This document shows, piece by piece, positions 36,005 to 50,685 of a stretch of DNA of 64,000 bases. The translations under genes were made by a program, and so were the position numbers. This stretch comes from Gordius albopunctatus (taxonomy: Eukaryota): positions 3,410,001-3,474,000 of the forward strand of contig OZ193910.1 of the NCBI GenBank assembly GCA_964276515.1, given 5' to 3'. The stretch's first letter is position 1. The number at the start of each line of letters is the position of its first letter. The notes under the pieces were generated by a model that did not search any database, was not told where the DNA came from, and saw only the letters and a program-made list of their open reading frames with translations.

Positions 36005-39000
36005 CAACCTTCTTAATATGACCCTGACTGAATTAAATCCCTAATCAATCACGGTCAAATAATTGTGTTAACTAACGGTGTTATTAAGACTACATAGACA
36101 ACATTAACGGAGAATCTAGCTATAGTAACGACATATGATAAGCAAGCTTTGAGCATATGCAGTAGTAACCTATGATGTTTTGTTCAGAATAAACGTGAGC
36201 GAAAACAACATTGCATCGCGCTGTTAGATAACATATTTACCCGCCAATTTAACATATTTGGCGCGCTGGACAATGGTCACCCTGTTAACATATGGTGAAA
36301 ATGTATGTACAATTTTGTTATTCATAACAACCTTAAAAACACATGAAAACGTTATTAGCAGAAAAACTCATCAAAAAATTACTCATATTCGTTAAAAATC
36401 TCCTTTTATCTTTCTGACAATTAAATCTGATTCCATTGCCATTTGCAAAGGTATAATTACATAATTGATTTCTATGAAAAATCCCAATTTAAATAAGTAG
36501 CGTCAATGTCGCGTTTAGTGTCGCCAAAATATAGACCTTCCCCCATAATATAACAAAAAAAACGTTTATTTCCCTAAATTATACGATTTATTCAATTTCC
36601 TTTAGTTTCGTCATTTCGTCGAATAATAATCTAAATCCAAATAATAAGGATATCTACCGAAATTAATTGTAAGTAACAAAGAGACATGATAAATTGTTTT
36701 AATAATCAAATAATCTCTTTTTGATACTTTTTTATTATTTTATAAAATTACATGCTAAAAAACTTTGAATTAATAAGCAGGCACAGAACTCAATTTTATT
36801 GCATTTTACAATTTTTAAAAATATTTATATTATTTACCAATATATTATGTGCTAAAACATTTTATTAAACGTTATTTTTTTATGACATCAATTGAAATCA
36901 TATTTTGTATTTATTTGTTAAATCTCATCATTTGATGATATTTAAAATTTTGGCGCCATTTGTAGCACATGTCAGTTAACAAAAGTAAATTATTGTTTCA
37001 ATATCACTTACACATACTTTACTTCAGTGACATGTGTCACAGTAAATTTCTATTAATCTACATGTCAAATATAATTTAAAGTTGGCGCGTTTATAAAAAA
37101 AGGCGGGAAAAATATTAATAAATGTATTTTTTAGAAACTTTATATTAAATAAAGTTTAAATATTTCTTTTGTGTATACAGCTATCATGATTGTGTTTGTG
37201 AGCTTTAAATTTGATATAATTAAACAATTTTCAATTTATTTTAGACTAAAATATTATTTATAAACATTAAATTACCTTTATTGACAGGCATAATTAATTA
37301 TTAATTAATTTTTAACAAATTGTACGTTGCACGAGATTCAATTAAATTTTCCTATACTCATTTTTATTGAACTCACTCGCGACCATACACATTTTGAAAG
37401 AGTGTCCTTCGATGTCTCACGATTTTAAAAATAAATGAATTTAAGCAGCAGATTTAATTTTTATATTCAATATCTGTTAAATTAAAATAGTAGTAAATAA
37501 AAAAGTAACAATTTAGTATCGGTAATCAGGATTCACTTAGAGCTGCTCCTTGGTCTTATTTATTAATAGAAAAGCCAAAATTATGTGATTTTGGATTTAA
37601 TCATTTTTGTTATCTCTAAAAAAATATTATATCATGGGCTTAGCCAGTATTGGAAATAGAGGGGGGGGGCAATAGTGATTTAGGGAGGGGCAAAATGATC
37701 ATTTTCTAAAATTGTAGTCATAATTTTAATTAATTTTAACAGATTTTCGGATTTAGAGAGGGGCAGCCGCCCCCCTGCCCCCCTGACTACGCCCGTGGAT
37801 TAGATTAATTAACCCTTTGATAAAATTGTAGGATATTTGTTATGCTTAGTGACTCGATGATTTTTTCCCCTTGAATGACACGGCTAATTAAATTGTAGCG
37901 TGAGAATGTGTTTTAAGCTTTCATTTTGACCCTTCCCAATTAAAGTTGACAGTCCTTCTCATGGAAATTGTAGAGTTTCAATAGAATTACCTGTTGCGGG
38001 ATGGTACCACAATGCAAAGCCTATCGAGCAGCTATTGCTTTGTGGTTTTAACCAATTTGTAAATTGATAAAATTAATTAAAAATGAGAGGAAATATATAT
38101 GAAGGAGCCAATAATAATATAATAATAAATATCATAGTCGTTTCTGCAACAACTGAATTGCTTCGTTTAATTTAATTAGTAATCATTATTTCGTATTATT
38201 TCCCTATCATTCATATAGGCTTGATTCTTAGGTAATAGATTTACTAAATTTATATACTTAATGTGATTAAATATTACAATAATTATTTTTCAAATAATTT
38301 ATAAAATATTAAATTTGTATCCTCTTCTCATTAATATATATATATATTATTAAAAATATATTTGGACATTCTAACAGCTCAATTCGAAGTTAATCTTATT
38401 ATTAAAATTAATGTTGTTCTTGTTATGTTATAAGAGCATAGTCTATTATAATTGAATTACATTTTTCCATGATTTACGCAAGAACCAAAACAAGAAAAAG
38501 CAATTGACAAATGACTTGTTAATATTATTAATTTTGCAATTATATATTGCACGTTTAGATTCATTCCAAACTCTTATATATTAAATAAAAATATATAATT
38601 TATTGAGAATTATCATTTCGCCATCGCCTTTCCCCTTCACGTATTTATCAGAGTGATCTTTAAAGCAAATCTAATTAGTTGCCTACAAAATTTTAAAATT
38701 AATGGTGGCCCGCTAACGCTATGTATCGATCCAAAAATGTGCTTAGCTGGGCAATTAGCGCGGGGCACCTTATAAAATAGCAGACACAACATAGATATGA
38801 CGCTACCTAATTCAAATTTTTGGCGCCACACTTATTAAACAATATATAATTTCGATCTTTTTCGTTTTAATTTATAAAAGCTACGGACCGATTTATTTAT
38901 AAGAAAAGTGATAAGGATCCTTAAAAATAAATTTAATAGATTTGCTTGCGTTAAAATTAATTTTTGTTATTAATGCTTGCACACGTTTGATCGGTTGATT

Positions 39001-39093
39001 ATTTTTATATTTTAGTTTCTCAGGTGATAATTCGAGATTTTATAATATTGTAATTAGTTTTATTAAAGATAATTTTAGTCAATAGTTTAAAAT

Positions 39094-39490
39094 TTGCCCA
39101 CTCGCAATAATTTCTATATTGGGGAAACAAAAAGAAACTTTAAAACACGGTTTAAGGAACATCTAGCGGCGTTATATCGCCCAAACGCCGTTTCAAATCA
39201 TTTATTACAACAAAATCACGGAAACAATTTAAAAACAACCATTTTAATTAACACCGATACTTATTTTGAAAGAAAAACCTTAGAATCCTTTTTCATTCTA
39301 AGATTACACCCAAAACTCAATGAAGATATGATGGGTAAAGAGAACCTGTATCCCTTCTTACATTTTAATATTAACCCGGCGATAGAAAGTTCGATTTAAT
39401 TGTATTATTTTATTTTATTTATCAATTCAATTTTATTTTAATCCGGCGATGTGCTTGAATAGGACGAAATATTATTATAATTATACTTAT
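39094..39490 (+). mobile_element. Penelope-like element 3' fragment (GIY-YIG endonuclease) with downstream hammerhead remnant
   Basis: FYIGETKRNFKTRFKEH...AVSNHL...H...RKTLESFFI...PKLN, the typical Penelope GIY-YIG C-terminal domain. Confidence 0.8.
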
Positions 39491-42400
39491 AAGTCCCTCT
39501 AATATTCCTCTTGACAATAAATCTCTTAAAATCATTCAATTGAGTTTGTAATAATTAAGTATGAACAATTTGTTTCAATTTTATTAAACTATCGAGCTTT
39601 TTATATATTGTTATTAAATTAGATAAAAGTTTATTATTAGTCAGAGTTGAAAGTAAAATTACAAAAAGTTTATTAGTCTGGAACGAAATAAATAAGATAC
39701 CAACTCTAATTTCCCAAGAGACGTGTTGGAATTATGCCTAGCAATAACTATCTATTTTCTTAGCTTTTAAATATATTTTTTTTAATATTTCTTACCATAT
39801 TATAAACATATCATAATAAAATTTTAAAATAGAAATAGCTTGGGCTTAGCCGTGGGGAGAGGGCAGGGAGGGGCGGCTGCTCCCCCTCTATAATTTGTTG
39901 AAATTTTTAAAAATTATGGCTCTATTTTCAAAAAAACATTCATTTTGCCCCCCCCCCCCTCTAACTCCAATGTCGGTTATACCCATGAAAATTAGTGTTT
40001 TTTACATTATATACAAGCTTTTTGCAATTTGAGTGAAAAAAGCTTTAATTTCTCATAAAATTAACATGCATTTGTAATTGTAGGGGACGGGATTATGTAT
40101 GGATGATTTGTCGCGGAGCACATTAATACTATTAATAACAAAGCATCATAATTATACACCCTAATCATTAGTGTCAATATAGCATAGTTTTATGACAATG
40201 GCGTGAGCTTGACTTTGTTCTTTAATATATTACTATACTACATAATAAATTTAACATAACTTTATCCTTTAAAATCAGGTGTTACTAGCATAATGTGTTC
40301 GAGCTTATTTTTTTAATAAATTCATTTTTTTATTTAGTAATCGAATTTGGGGTACACAGGTTAAATGTTTGTTGTAGACATACCATACGGCACTATATAA
40401 TTACCCGAATGGGCATCTGTTTTGTGGATATTTGCATGACTTATTGGAATTCAGTCTTCGCCATGTCATGGCGCATTATACACCTTGCTTAATAGTTTTT
40501 CATACTAAATATACAAATTTTATATTGTAAGTTACTAATACCCTTTTATACAATAACTATAGTTAGCTGTAATTGCATAAAATCATGCAAATTTTCGAAA
40601 GAAAATATATTTAATTAAACGAATTCCATCTTAATGTGTTAAAAGTAGTGAAGATATTGTTCAATTGCTATATAAGGAGATGACATCTTTTTCGCAGCTT
40701 TGTGATAAAAAGAATATGTTTGGCAGTCCTACTTGCGAGTTAATTGGTGATTGACTAAAACCCGGGTGCTAAAAGGACCAAAAAATGCAGAGACATAAAT
40801 GTTTTTCGTATAATAAAGCGGCTCCATAAGGAGGTGGCGGGGGTCGAGAGTAGGATAGGTGACAAAGAAATTTGCTTCATGGTGTTTGGACAATAACATT
40901 TTTGAGCGTCTTAAAATTGCATAATTGATGGGGCTCCCGAAAAACACCTTGCAAATTTGTAATGATAATAGAGGATGGGAGAGGAGATGGTCGTGAAATG
41001 GGCCGTATTGCCACGCGCCAGGCTTGGGCAATAGTGTTTTTTGAACAAAACTTTTTGACGGCTATAATTTAAGGTTCAAATTATTGCATATATTATTGCG
41101 CAAGGCACGCGTCACCTCACCGCCGCATAACCCTACGTTTAGTCATGCAGTTTTAACATGTCGCACCACATCTTGCAAATGCGTACGCAATATTATATTT
41201 AAGGTGCTAGTTTGCCATTTATACTGTTGTTAAGTTATTAGGCCACCCTCTAAATTCAAAAATTTGTTAAAATTCCTCTAAATTCAAAAATTTGTTAAAA
41301 TTATGGCTAAAATTTCAAAAAATGATCATCTTGTCGCTTCCTTGCCCGCCCCCCTCTAATCCCAATGCTGTCTACGCACATGAAAGTTATAAAGCTATCT
41401 AAAAATATTGTATTCAGAATATAACAAGATGGTTAATTTTAGTGTGTACAAAATGCTATGAATGTGCTTAAAATTTTTACGAAAATTAATTAAATCAATT
41501 AATTTACAAAATTAATTAATCCATTTCCATATATTGCCCCGCTTTCCATTAAGGTTTAATAATATCATTTGTATAATTCTTAGTTTTGAATAGTAACTAA
41601 TGTAATTTAGCTCTATATAATCTGACATGGCATGATATTTTATGCTTATTTTATCTGCATTTTGGTTCTGCTTCGTATAATATTTTGTTAATTGACCCTA
41701 AAATAGTCATATGTAATCACATCAACTTAGTGTAGCTCAAATAACATATATTTTTAAAATAAATAATAAGCTTAGGCATTGCAATATCTCATCCCGTTGC
41801 TTTATAATAGAGAGTTCGTCTTCGTTTATTCATGTCCAATCCCCTCAAATTTTCCATTATTTTTGAAAGGTTTTAATCAGTTCTTGTATAACTACCTAAG
41901 AAATTTATAATCTATTGATAAATGTTTAAGCAAACTCATCAAATCCACTAAAAAAGTTGAATTACAAACTTTGCCTAAGTTAGAGATTTAGTTATAAGCG
42001 ACATTCATGTCAACTTCCTGTCAGCATGGTGCCATATCAACCTTTTAATGATCCTTCGAGATGGCGAATCATTAAATGATATGCTACTTTATTATTTCAT
42101 AACTAATAATTATTAAAAAAATTATCTTTAACAATGAGCCCTTTGTAATGGATAGTCACATGCAGCACAAGACAACTCACCTTAATATGTTTCATTAAAT
42201 AATAAATCTTCAGTGTAACTTTATAACAAGTCACGTACGGGAAGGTAATGGATAAAGGTATGCTCGCCAAAGATTGACAACGGAAAGATTTAATGTTAAT
42301 CAAAGGTATGCCATTAACTAATATTCTTAGGCATTTTTGTGCTCTCACCCATTGTCTGGGTTAATATAATTAGGGGTATTTTGTTGTCCATCTTCCGACA

Positions 42401-43773
42401 AACTACTACAATGAGACATCAACATAAAAAAGACAAAGCTCTACATCCTAATTACTCTGTATCGACTTAATTAACTCAACAAAAGTGACCGCTATTAACA
42501 GGATTCATTGTATTTCTAAGGTATCTTTCAGTGGGCAATTTTATCAATAATCGTAAAAAGATGCAAATATCATCCTTGATAAATTGAACACTGATTATAT
42601 TTCTAAATTTTTGCAGGATATGGGTTTATTTTGATTATATGAAAGGATCTAAAGTGTGATCTTTTCATGTTTTAAAAATGACATTTGAAGCCAGTAGTAA
42701 CTTCAAAGTGAAAATCGTACAAAAGAATGGTGTCGCTTTAAAAGGTGCGAGCATCATATAACACTTCCTGAGGCCACTTTAATTATTTTTTTATAATAAG
42801 TTAGAACTTTTCGTTATATAACACTTTCCATAAAACCAACAACTTGTTCCTTCTTATATAAACATCCGCCCCCTTTTGACTTCACAGATAGAATTTTCTT
42901 TTATCATCGCGTTGGGTTATAAAATAGAGACAACTATGTTTGTTTTTCCTCCGCATTGAAGCCATCATCCCTTTATCAAATCATACCTTTTTGATCTTAA
43001 GAAGATGTTGATCAGATAAGAATGCTACGAAATTATTCATAAAATAACTTATAAAGATGTCCACCTTTAGCCGCAATTGTTTTATTTGAATGTTAATTTA
43101 ATTACTCGCTGACGCCTGTATTATTAATTAAGTCTCCCTACCGTAATTTGACCAATCAAAATAAGCGGCATATCAACTAAAATCTACTACATTTTTTACT
43201 CTTAAATTACATTTTGAAATATTTGGGATTCTTTTTCCAATAAATATTTCGAAACATCTAGTCGGGCGCGCGCTCATAAAAATTCAATTACTTGCGTATA
43301 CTAACAAATGCCGACGTAGCAATTTGGCAATATATTTGAACTTTATCTTTTATCCACCAAATAATAAAAATGTTTAAATGGCGGACAACCTTCAAACTCT
43401 TTTATTTACAACTTTTTTGAGGCAGGTGTAGTATGTTCATCTCTTCTGCTTAAAGTATAATTGCCTACTAAAGAGAGAGAGTATTTCGCCAAAAAAACTT
43501 TAAATTTTAAGTAATACCGCTAGTGAGCATTTGCCTAAAAACAACACATTATACAAGAATGTTGGATTTTTTTTAAATATTGACTATTTCGATTACTTGA
43601 CCAATTAAAATACCCATAAAATTCAACAACTGGTGCCCATTCTCATAATTAAGATAGGCCGTGGTTATCTTATAAAATTAATTTTAGATTTTATAATTAT
43701 TAGAAATTATTTAAGGAATATCTTTTAAAAGGGGATTTCGTGTTTGCACAATCCTCATATTGAATCATATGCT

Positions 43774-43899
43774 CATGGGTGTAGCCAGGTTTTGGATTAG
43801 GGGGGGGGGGCAAAACATAATTTTTTTTAATTTTTAAGACTTTTTGCATTGAAATTTTTTTTTCCCGCCATTTAGGGCCCCCCCCCGGCTACGCCCATG
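43774..43899. mobile_element. hAT MITE, CATGGGCGTAGCC family
   Basis: TIRs CATGGGTGTAGCC/GGCTACGCCCATG; perfect 8-bp TSD CATATGCT. Confidence 0.92.
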
Positions 43900-44988
43900 C
43901 ATATGCTAGTATTTAAAGATAAAAGTCATATTTAAAAAAACTATACAATTTATCTTCATAACGGTGTTTATAGGACTTTCATGACCGCACATATACATGT
44001 AAAATATTATCATAATTTATAACGGTGCATCGGCATTTTTATAAGCTTCTTAAGCAGGAGTGGCGCAAGCACTTTATGGAATTAAGGTATAATAAAAATC
44101 TTTGAAGAATTACCATATTAAATCATCCACCTCCACCTTGCACATTCTCCCTTCTTAACTTAAATTCACTCTGGCGACATCAATTGATCTCACCTCAAAG
44201 CCTTTTATGCTATTGCATCCTTAAGGTATTCAGCTTTATTCGTTGACAAAATCTTTAATTCGATGATCGTAAATAATAAAAGAAATACATCATCTGCCTA
44301 ATTGCATATCGACCCATGTTAAAACATAGCAATTAATATAAATTATGATATCACAAAACAATGTTAAGGAAACTCTTCCCTGTATAAAAGGATGATTTGC
44401 TTACCCCTCTTTGCAATAAATATAATGGTTAGTTCGGAAATTGACTTAGTTAGATTTATTACAGTAATTATTTAACTAACAATCATAAGGGTCAGTACTA
44501 TTATAAAAAGGGACATCGAAGGGAAATAGTCGTAGTTAACAAAGGAATCTTCTTTCATTTCTTAGTAAATTAGTTATATTACACAACCTCTCATTATATT
44601 TGCAGTGTCAATTTAGGTAAAAGAGCTCAGACATGCCAGTAATTGATCTTACTTCTTAACAAATTACTCCCATTCATTTTAAAACTCATGTTTCAGCTGC
44701 TCTTACACACAAGCTCAATAAAAGGGGGCATGAAAGAAAAATGACTGTCTTGCAGCACATACAATCGGACTTTTTAGGTAAGACCATTTGTCCCCGACTA
44801 CTAACTTACAAAACCGCAATTAAGGAGCCATATAAATTCAAGACATCTGACTTTACCTATTTTAATTGTGCTAGCTCGCCCCGACTCTGCCCTATAAAAC
44901 TTCCCTTTAAACTTTTAACTTTGCACCCGGCCTATCACGATGGACCAATTACTGAAGTTTCTACTACCACTAACAACGAGTCTGCTTC

Positions 44989-45009
44989 ATGTGTGTGTGT
45001 GTGTGTGTG
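44989..45009. repeat. (TG)n microsatellite
   Basis: About ten TG units. Confidence 0.9.
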
Positions 45010-46097
45010 CTATATAAATTTGTATATAATTATAATAGGCAATGGGGCAGACTTTTTCAAGGTGTGCGTGCACCTTTTACTACTAGCACATGGTGTTGTC
45101 CTGCCCTCCCCCCCTTCCTCTCCTGCTTTGTATTACTTTGAATAAGTTCCAGGTATAAATCGGTGTGTCCAGAAGGGCACCGAGAAGATATAGCAAGATG
45201 TTGAGTGTCGAGTGGGTAGGGCTGCACAGAAAAAAAAGTCCTGAACAGACGTAGTATACAGTGTAATTTCATTATGGGTAAAGTCCGATTCTAGCATTTG
45301 TTTGTAATAGCATTATGTATGAGAGGGAGTAAAAAATATTGACAGGATGCTTCTGCCCATTCTTAAGTTAGTATACCTTTAGTAGTAAGACGATCACTAC
45401 CTTTGCCCCCCTCCTTCACATGTACCACATGTTACTAGGCAATTTTTCTAACTATCGATTGTGTGTGTGTCATTAGGTATATCTTCTGCCCCCCCTACTT
45501 TATCCCCCCCCCTCTTACCCCTGTTAGTCCTCCGTCAACTTTGACTACTTGTTCTTCGACTTTAAAATTTCACTTAAGTCGCAAGGTGCGCACCATTAAA
45601 TTTTAAGGGACCCCTTGTCGTCCACCTTGATTTTTTTAGAGTTAAGACTTTTGATATCGCCCTACCTCTCTCTCTTTATATACACCTTTCAAAAAATCAA
45701 CTGTATCCCTAACAACCCTTCCCCTCCCTCACCCCCTACGCCCGCCCCTTCTGCTTTGTGTATCATTATTATAGTAATATTTTAAAAAGAAGCGTGCCAG
45801 CCGTCACCTCGCGACAGAAGGTAAAAGAGCGCAATCTCTCATAAAAGTATTTGTTGGACGATCTTTCCTCATTCAAAAACTTTTTTGGTCTCGTGGACAA
45901 ATTAATTTAATTTTTATACCAAACCTCCTTCCCCATCATACTACAACTGCATTATACCATTTATGTCATACTTATAAAAAGTTATCGCACTTTAAATTCA
46001 TCTTCTTATATTAAATTATATATTCAATAAATCGTAGAATCGTTGAATATTTATCAATAATTCCTGCATCGGTACCGAATTCAAATATTCCTGTATC

Positions 46098-49000
46098 ATG
46101 AATTTTGGATCATCAATTTTTCAACTAACTTTTCTCCTCGCCACGACCTGGTTCAAGGTAAATTTTCCCAAAGTTCGATATAACTATCACTAATTAACTT
46201 CTAAAATATTTCCTGCAATTTTTTAATTTTTATAATATTCATACTTTCATTAAATTAGGGAGCGATATCGTCGGGAGTGTTTGAAATTAGGCTGAACTCT
46301 TTCGAAAATTATCGAGGGGTCGATTCCAAAGGATCTTGTTGTGCTGGAGAAAAATCTTTGACATCAGATCGTTGCGTTTCTGGGCAGTGTAGCACTTATT
46401 TCATGGTTTGCCTCAAACACTATCAGGCTAAAATTGTGACAGAAAGCCACACTGAAAACAACGTAGTAACTTCGATTAGAGATCCTTCTACCTGCACTTT
46501 CGGAAGTTTTATTACGCCCGTTTTGGGTAGAAATTCTTTTCATGGCAACAATCAAATTTACACTCTCCCATTCTCATTCTCATGGCCGGTAAATAAAACC
46601 ATTATTTTCAATTTTTTAATGTAATTTTTTTTTGAATTTAAATCATTATCTTTAGACAAAAAATTAACATTCCTATTTTTTTTAATTTAAAGGGTACTTT
46701 CTCATTAATCCTCGAAGCTTGGAACAACAACTCACTAACAAATAACAACAATGGTAAGTTTTACCGTAAATCATAAATTAATTTTTATATTAATTTACGT
46801 CGAATATATCTGACAAAATGCTTTGCTTTTTCTTTAGAAGAACGGCTCATATCGCGCTTAGCAACTCAGAGATCAGCTACGGCCGATTCTCAATGGACAG
46901 AAGATGTCCACTTGACCACCTACACAAAATTGAAGTATTCCTACCGCATAGTTTGCAACCGAAATTACTATGGGGATAAATGTGCCAACTTGTGCAAGCC
47001 GAGAGATGACAAATTTGGGCACTACGTTTGCGGACCAAATGGTCAAAAAGTTTGTCGTCAAGGCTGGACCGGTCCCTATTGCTCGCAAGGTAAAACATTC
47101 TCTTACTGATACCATAAAAAATTGTGAACGCGCATAAAATTTGCTTTATTTTGAGCTATTTTTCCCCCTTAAAATGCCAGGTGCACCCTGCGCCCTCACT
47201 CATTTATATATCTTTTTTATATAATACCTACCTTCTAAGGTTAACCAATTTTTATTTTTACGCAACTAACTTTCGATCTGACTTTAAAAGTGACTGTTTA
47301 GCTCATAATATATTTACGGTAATTTCATTAAATAATAAGTTTCCACGTTTGGCTTGCGGGGTAGGGGTGAGGGGGTTTATTATAAACGCGAAAGAATGTA
47401 ATTTACCGACGCTAAGGTTTATTAGCGTCTATGAGGTATGATGTATATGGGTGCTAGTAACACCTGCCATAAGTGATGGACTCGGGAAGAGTGGGGTCGT
47501 GCGTGTTTAAAATAAAATGCTTAAATGTCAGGATCAATTTGTAGTAGTGCTGCTGCCTCGATCATAAAATGAAAATATGAATTCATTTGCTCACGTTTCC
47601 CTTTATGCAATTATTCAGCTATCTGCTCTCGCAATTGTAACGCCGAATTTGGGTATTGTGAAAAGCCCGACGAATGCAAGTGTCGCTTGGGGTATCAAGG
47701 TAAATTTTGTGACGATTGCATCCGATTTCCCGGCTGTTTACACGGGACTTGTCATCAACCCTGGCAATGCAACTGCAAAGAAGGATGGGGTGGATTGTTT
47801 TGCAATCAAGGTATAAATCATGGACTGAGTCATAGTTACTAATTAAATTTAGCAACAAAATCAAAGGCTATATAATGATAATTCGATTTGTATCTTAGAT
47901 CTTAATTATTGCACCAACCACAAACCGTGTCAAAATGGTGCCACCTGTTTCAACACTGGCCAAGGCAGTTATACTTGTAAATGCGCCCCAGGCTTTCATG
48001 GAAAAACTTGTAGTAAGACAGCAGATCAATGCGACGATTCCTTATGCCAAAACGGAGGATCTTGTAAAGTAATAATACACTTTAGATTAACTTAAAACGT
48101 CAAATTTCCCTTTAAACTATAATTTTAAAAATATTCTGTATGCATATTATAATATTTATTTATTAACCTAGGTTTCGGCTAGCAACAATCACACATGCGC
48201 CTGTTTACCAGGGTTCCAAGGCAACCAGTGTGAAATCAATACATTCACTTGTGCCGACAAGCCATGTTCAAATGGAGGTACATGTTTGGATTTAGCCGAT
48301 GGTGGCTACAAATGCCTATGCGACGCCCCTTTCTCCGGTCTAGCATGTCACCTTAAATCACAGTCTAAGCCACTGCCGATTCCAGCTAAATCTCAAACAA
48401 GCTTACTAAAATCTTTAGCACCACAACAATCTCACTCTATGGCTTTGGATGGTAATTGTGCTATTGACCCTTGCTTAAACGGTGGAACATGTTACGAGCA
48501 CCCCAACTCACCTTCTTCATTCACTTGTCGCTGCGTGCCCGGATTTACAGGAAGCCTTTGCCAGACGGATGTTCCGGATTGTGCCATTCAGCCCTGTGCT
48601 AACGGAGCCACTTGCATAGATTTAGTCAACGATTACATGTGTCAATGTACACCAGGCTTCGCAGGCAAAGATTGTACGGTCGATGTAGATGAATGTGCCT
48701 TGCACTCGGAAGGACAGGAAAGTCCGTGCGCTAATAATGGAACTTGTGTGGACGCTCTAAACGGCTACACTTGCACTTGCGAGCTAGGCTTTTACGGGAC
48801 ACGATGTGAAAATGCTCTGGGTTCTTCCGATACTGAAGCTGTCAGAGCTAATGCCAAAAATGATCGTGCCTTAGACTCCGACCTAGACCGATTTGAAGCG
48901 TCGAATCAACCCGATGATTTTATGGAAATTGGTAATTCTGCAGCTCAAAAGGCCACCCCTGCCGATTTAATAACGGGGCCCGCTTTGAACAAATTTTTGT

Positions 49001-50013
49001 CCAACACGGAAATTATCATGGTAGTTTGCCTGAGCGTGTCATTCGTAACCGTTACCTTAGCTATACTAGGAGCCTTGTTCGTTTACAAGAAAAAGTTAAT
49101 GGGAGCAAACGAAACGGAGGAGGGATTCAAGCAACGTGGCGGTGGAGGTGTCTTGAATAATAGCAACTCGGCTGGTAAAGGAAGTGGGTCAGGTCTAGCT
49201 AAAAATCCCATGTTGCCTACTATTACTGAAGACATCGGTTATTGTCAAGATTCCTCTAGCGTTAAAGGCTCGTCTACGCTGTCGGGGAAAAAGAAATGCA
49301 CTTGGGAAGATAAAGTATCTCCTGATTACCCCAAAAGTGTGGATGCCCCAACCGCTTATTCTACCAAATTTCACAATAACACTCTCACTTCAAACTTGGA
49401 TTATCCGACATACAGCAATACCTCTGAGGTCGAGGCCCCATTCTTTAATAGATCAGCTCAATTACAACAACACGGCGATTACTATCAAAAAGCTTCTATG
49501 CGTTCCCAACAAACGACGAGCACTAACCTTTTCAACCAGAAATCGTCTCAGCGCCTGCCAAACAAGAAGTCCCTTGACGTTGAATGCATTTACAACGAAC
49601 CCAAACGTCTAAAGTAAATGAAGCTTCACTTTAACATTTATTTTAAAATTCTATAAAATAACAATGTCTAACCCCTTTTTCCACTTATTTATAGCACGTT
49701 GCCTAGAAACCGTGCAGATACTCGGGCCAATGATGTCACAGAGCATTTAATGGATTCTGACGATGATTTCAAAAAACCGGCTCTTTATAAATACGATATC
49801 GAGGATCAGGCTCAAGCCTCCACTGGTGCCTACCCTAGTACCGTTGATCGCTCCACTTTTGCTAAAACACACCACAGTGTTGCTCATAAAACGGATCAAG
49901 AGACAAACATGACTGAAAATAACTGTTCTCCATCAGACTACGATACTGGCATAGAGATTGAGGTGACAAAAGATCAGGGTAACTTAGTGGACTCATTGGC
50001 TACCATAGTATGA
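46098..50013 (+). CDS. Delta: Notch ligand Delta, ~941 aa; exons 46098-46157, 46259-46588, 46693-46753, 46838-47089, 47619-47810, 47899-48068, 48172-49613, 49695-50013
   Basis: Signal peptide; MNNL/C2 domain (GVFEIRL...CLKHYQ...[14 protein letters not shown]); DSL domain ([26 protein letters not shown]); 8 EGF repeats including [27 protein letters not shown]; one TM helix; C-terminal ATIV. No vWC domain, so not Serrate/Jagged. Confidence 0.95.
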
Positions 50014-50685
50014 AGGATGTAATGTGTGACCTTAGAAATTTGCCATGGCTTTAAAGGCCTGGTGTGATCTTGTAGATTAGTCATTGCCCAACAGCTCAAA
50101 AAACCCCTAGGCCGAGTTTTGAATTAGGGTCTTTTAAGAAGAGGCGTCGCATCCAAATGGCAATATATTATAGCCAAGTGCATTTTTTATCTCATTTTAC
50201 CGCCTGAAATTTGTTTTTTATTTCTTAGAGCATGTACATTACCGCGATTTATATCAACATTATAAATTATTTTATCAAACGGAACGAATTTTCCACTTTT
50301 ATTAAATGTCTACATACATTACACTCATTAAAACCAAATATAATTGTGATCTTTACTATATAATAAATTTATTTATTAAAATAAATCGATATCAAATACT
50401 GTTTTCATAATTTGAACTGCTGGGTTTTCTAAATGTCGCATTCTAGCATAGACCTCATTATTCCAATGAGTCTTTTATTTGTTAATTTTCCGCCCCTTGG
50501 CAACAAAAAATAATATGATCTTTGAAATTCAATTTAATTGAATAACTGTGAGGTTGTGTCTTCTCATAATTATAGGCCCAAATACTTGATCATTTTCATA
50601 TAGTCTTCGACTATAATTTAATTAGTGATATACCTACCCCAGCGAGTGCCTTCTCGATTGTGTGATCTGGCCACTATGTAAAGAA

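Noticed and set aside
44741..45272. ORFs upstream of Delta
   Set aside because: They span a TG microsatellite and promoter-like DNA and have no recognisable domain.
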